Assembly (NCBI GenBank): GCA_963669175.1
Contig: OY769902.1
Span: 4,608,001-4,672,000 of the forward strand
Source of the DNA: a bacterium
GTDB taxonomy: Bacteria; Electryoneota; Electryoneia; Electryoneales; Electryoneaceae
DNA length: 64,000 bases
Direction of reading: 5' to 3'
The notes under the pieces are model-generated. The model was not told the origin of the DNA. It saw nothing but the letters and a program-made list of their open reading frames with translations, and ran no database searches. The stretch's first letter is position 1. Each line of letters opens with the position of its first letter. Positions 62,806-64,000 of the stretch are shown here, piece after piece. A program made the translations under genes and the position numbers.

Positions 62806-63211
62806 GTCACTCTCCTTTGCCTTTATTGCAAGCACCGTATCTCATTCTTTGAGATTGAAGGCGGCGCGAGCTTTTGATACATGCGGTTAATCCAGATATA
62901 ACTACTGGATGTAACCGTTGTTGCATTATCAAAATACTACCCCCCTCCCCGCCTGATGTCAAGCCTTTCCGAAAGAATTTGATCGTTTTTTTATTTCTCT
63001 TAGAGACGTTGCCACTTAATGAATTAGGAATTAGGAATTAGAAATTAGAGATGAGGAATTAAAACGACTCGTCAACACATCCAGCATCATCAAAAACTAT
63101 TAAAATTAACTTTACAACTTTGGAGCTATACAACTTTCAAACTATGGAACTTAAAAAATCCTTGATATCCTTATCATCCTGTTCATCCTGTAAATGAAAC
63201 CGACACAAAAA

Positions 63212-63961
63212 TCACAGTTTCACAATCGGCAATGAACGCACCAATTCCACACCACTTTGAGTCACTTTTGTCAGCATGGGGATCATCTCCACCCCGGCAT
63301 CACGCGCCCGTTGCCATTCCTTCGCATAGTCCGGATCAAAGGCGACTGCGGGTGTGAAGCGTTTACCGTCACTGCGCTGGATCGTGTACACCATCACAGC
63401 CCGTTCGCCCTGCTGCACACGTTCGGCCAGTTCTCGCAGGTGTTTCGCGCCACGTGTCGTCACGGCATCCGGAAACGCTGCAATGTCGCCTTCGTTCAGG
63501 CTGGCTTTGACTTTTGGATCAGGCAGCACCAGTGTCACATTCTTCACTTCCACCCAGCAAGGCGGCAAACCATCCTCTTCCAGAAACAGATCGATACGGG
63601 TATGATCGTTCAGCTTGACCTCGGTACGAACCTTCCGGTACGCTTCCAGACCGGGAATGATGCCGTTTTCGATTGCTTCTTTGGTCATATAATTCGGCAA
63701 GGCGGTATTCACCCCAACCCACACCTTTTCGCCATCGGGACGGGTGATCTGGATCTGTTCGAGGGTGAAGGGGTACTTCCGTGTCGGGGCATGAGGACCA
63801 CTGTAACGAACCGGGTTGCCTTCTTCGGTCAGTCCGGCCATGGAACCGGAGTTCGGGCAATGGACAGTAATCTTCTCCCCCGCTTCGGTTGTCACGTCAG
63901 CGAGGAATCGTTTGTAGCGACGAATCAATCGTCCGGGGAACACTTCGGTAGAATAGTTCAT
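63212..63961 (-). CDS. sfsA: Sugar fermentation stimulation / nuclease protein SfsA
   Basis: RRYKRFLADV, HCPNSGSM, RIDL, VEVKNVTL, FPDAVTTRGAKHLREL. Confidence 0.95.
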   Translation of the reverse strand: MNYSTEVFPGRLIRRYKRFLADVTTEAGEKITVHCPNSGSMAGLTEEGNPVRYSGPHAPTRKYPFTLEQIQITRPDGEKVWVGVNTALPNYMTKEAIENGIIPGLEAYRKVRTEVKLNDHTRIDLFLEEDGLPPCWVEVKNVTLVLPDPKVKASLNEGDIAAFPDAVTTRGAKHLRELAERVQQGERAVMVYTIQRSDGKRFTPAVAFDPDYAKEWQRARDAGVEMIPMLTKVTQSGVELVRSLPIVKL

Positions 63962-64000
63962 AGAAAAAAGGTAACCGCTCCCTGTAGGCGGAACAAGCTT

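Overview
Bacterial chromosomal segment using genetic code 11, since TGA is an ordinary stop in der, priA and hemW. It is probably from an FCB-superphylum lineage: eight genes carry T9SS-type C-terminal sorting domains (xPNP[F/T]N) and there is a PorQ/PorV-family gene. Housekeeping genes (hemW, ade, der, priA, DUF1015-serC-serA, ALDH, sfsA) alternate with secreted cargo genes, several of them AT-rich. Highlights: (1) a lipoprotein multiheme cytochrome c that the ORF track splits at an in-frame UGA followed by a bacterial-SECIS-like hairpin, i.e. a candidate 458-aa selenoprotein with 10-11 hemes, next to a tandem-rhodanese lipoprotein; (2) a CydA-like membrane protein fused to an octaheme cytochrome; (3) several unrelated palindromic or short-period repeat families that bracket individual cargo genes, including a GIY-YIG nuclease between 157-bp elements whose hairpins co-vary; (4) an IS4 element with a 9-bp TSD interrupting a T9SS gene; (5) a candidate ~200-nt structured sRNA. 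All calls come from reading the sequence by eye; no database searches were run.
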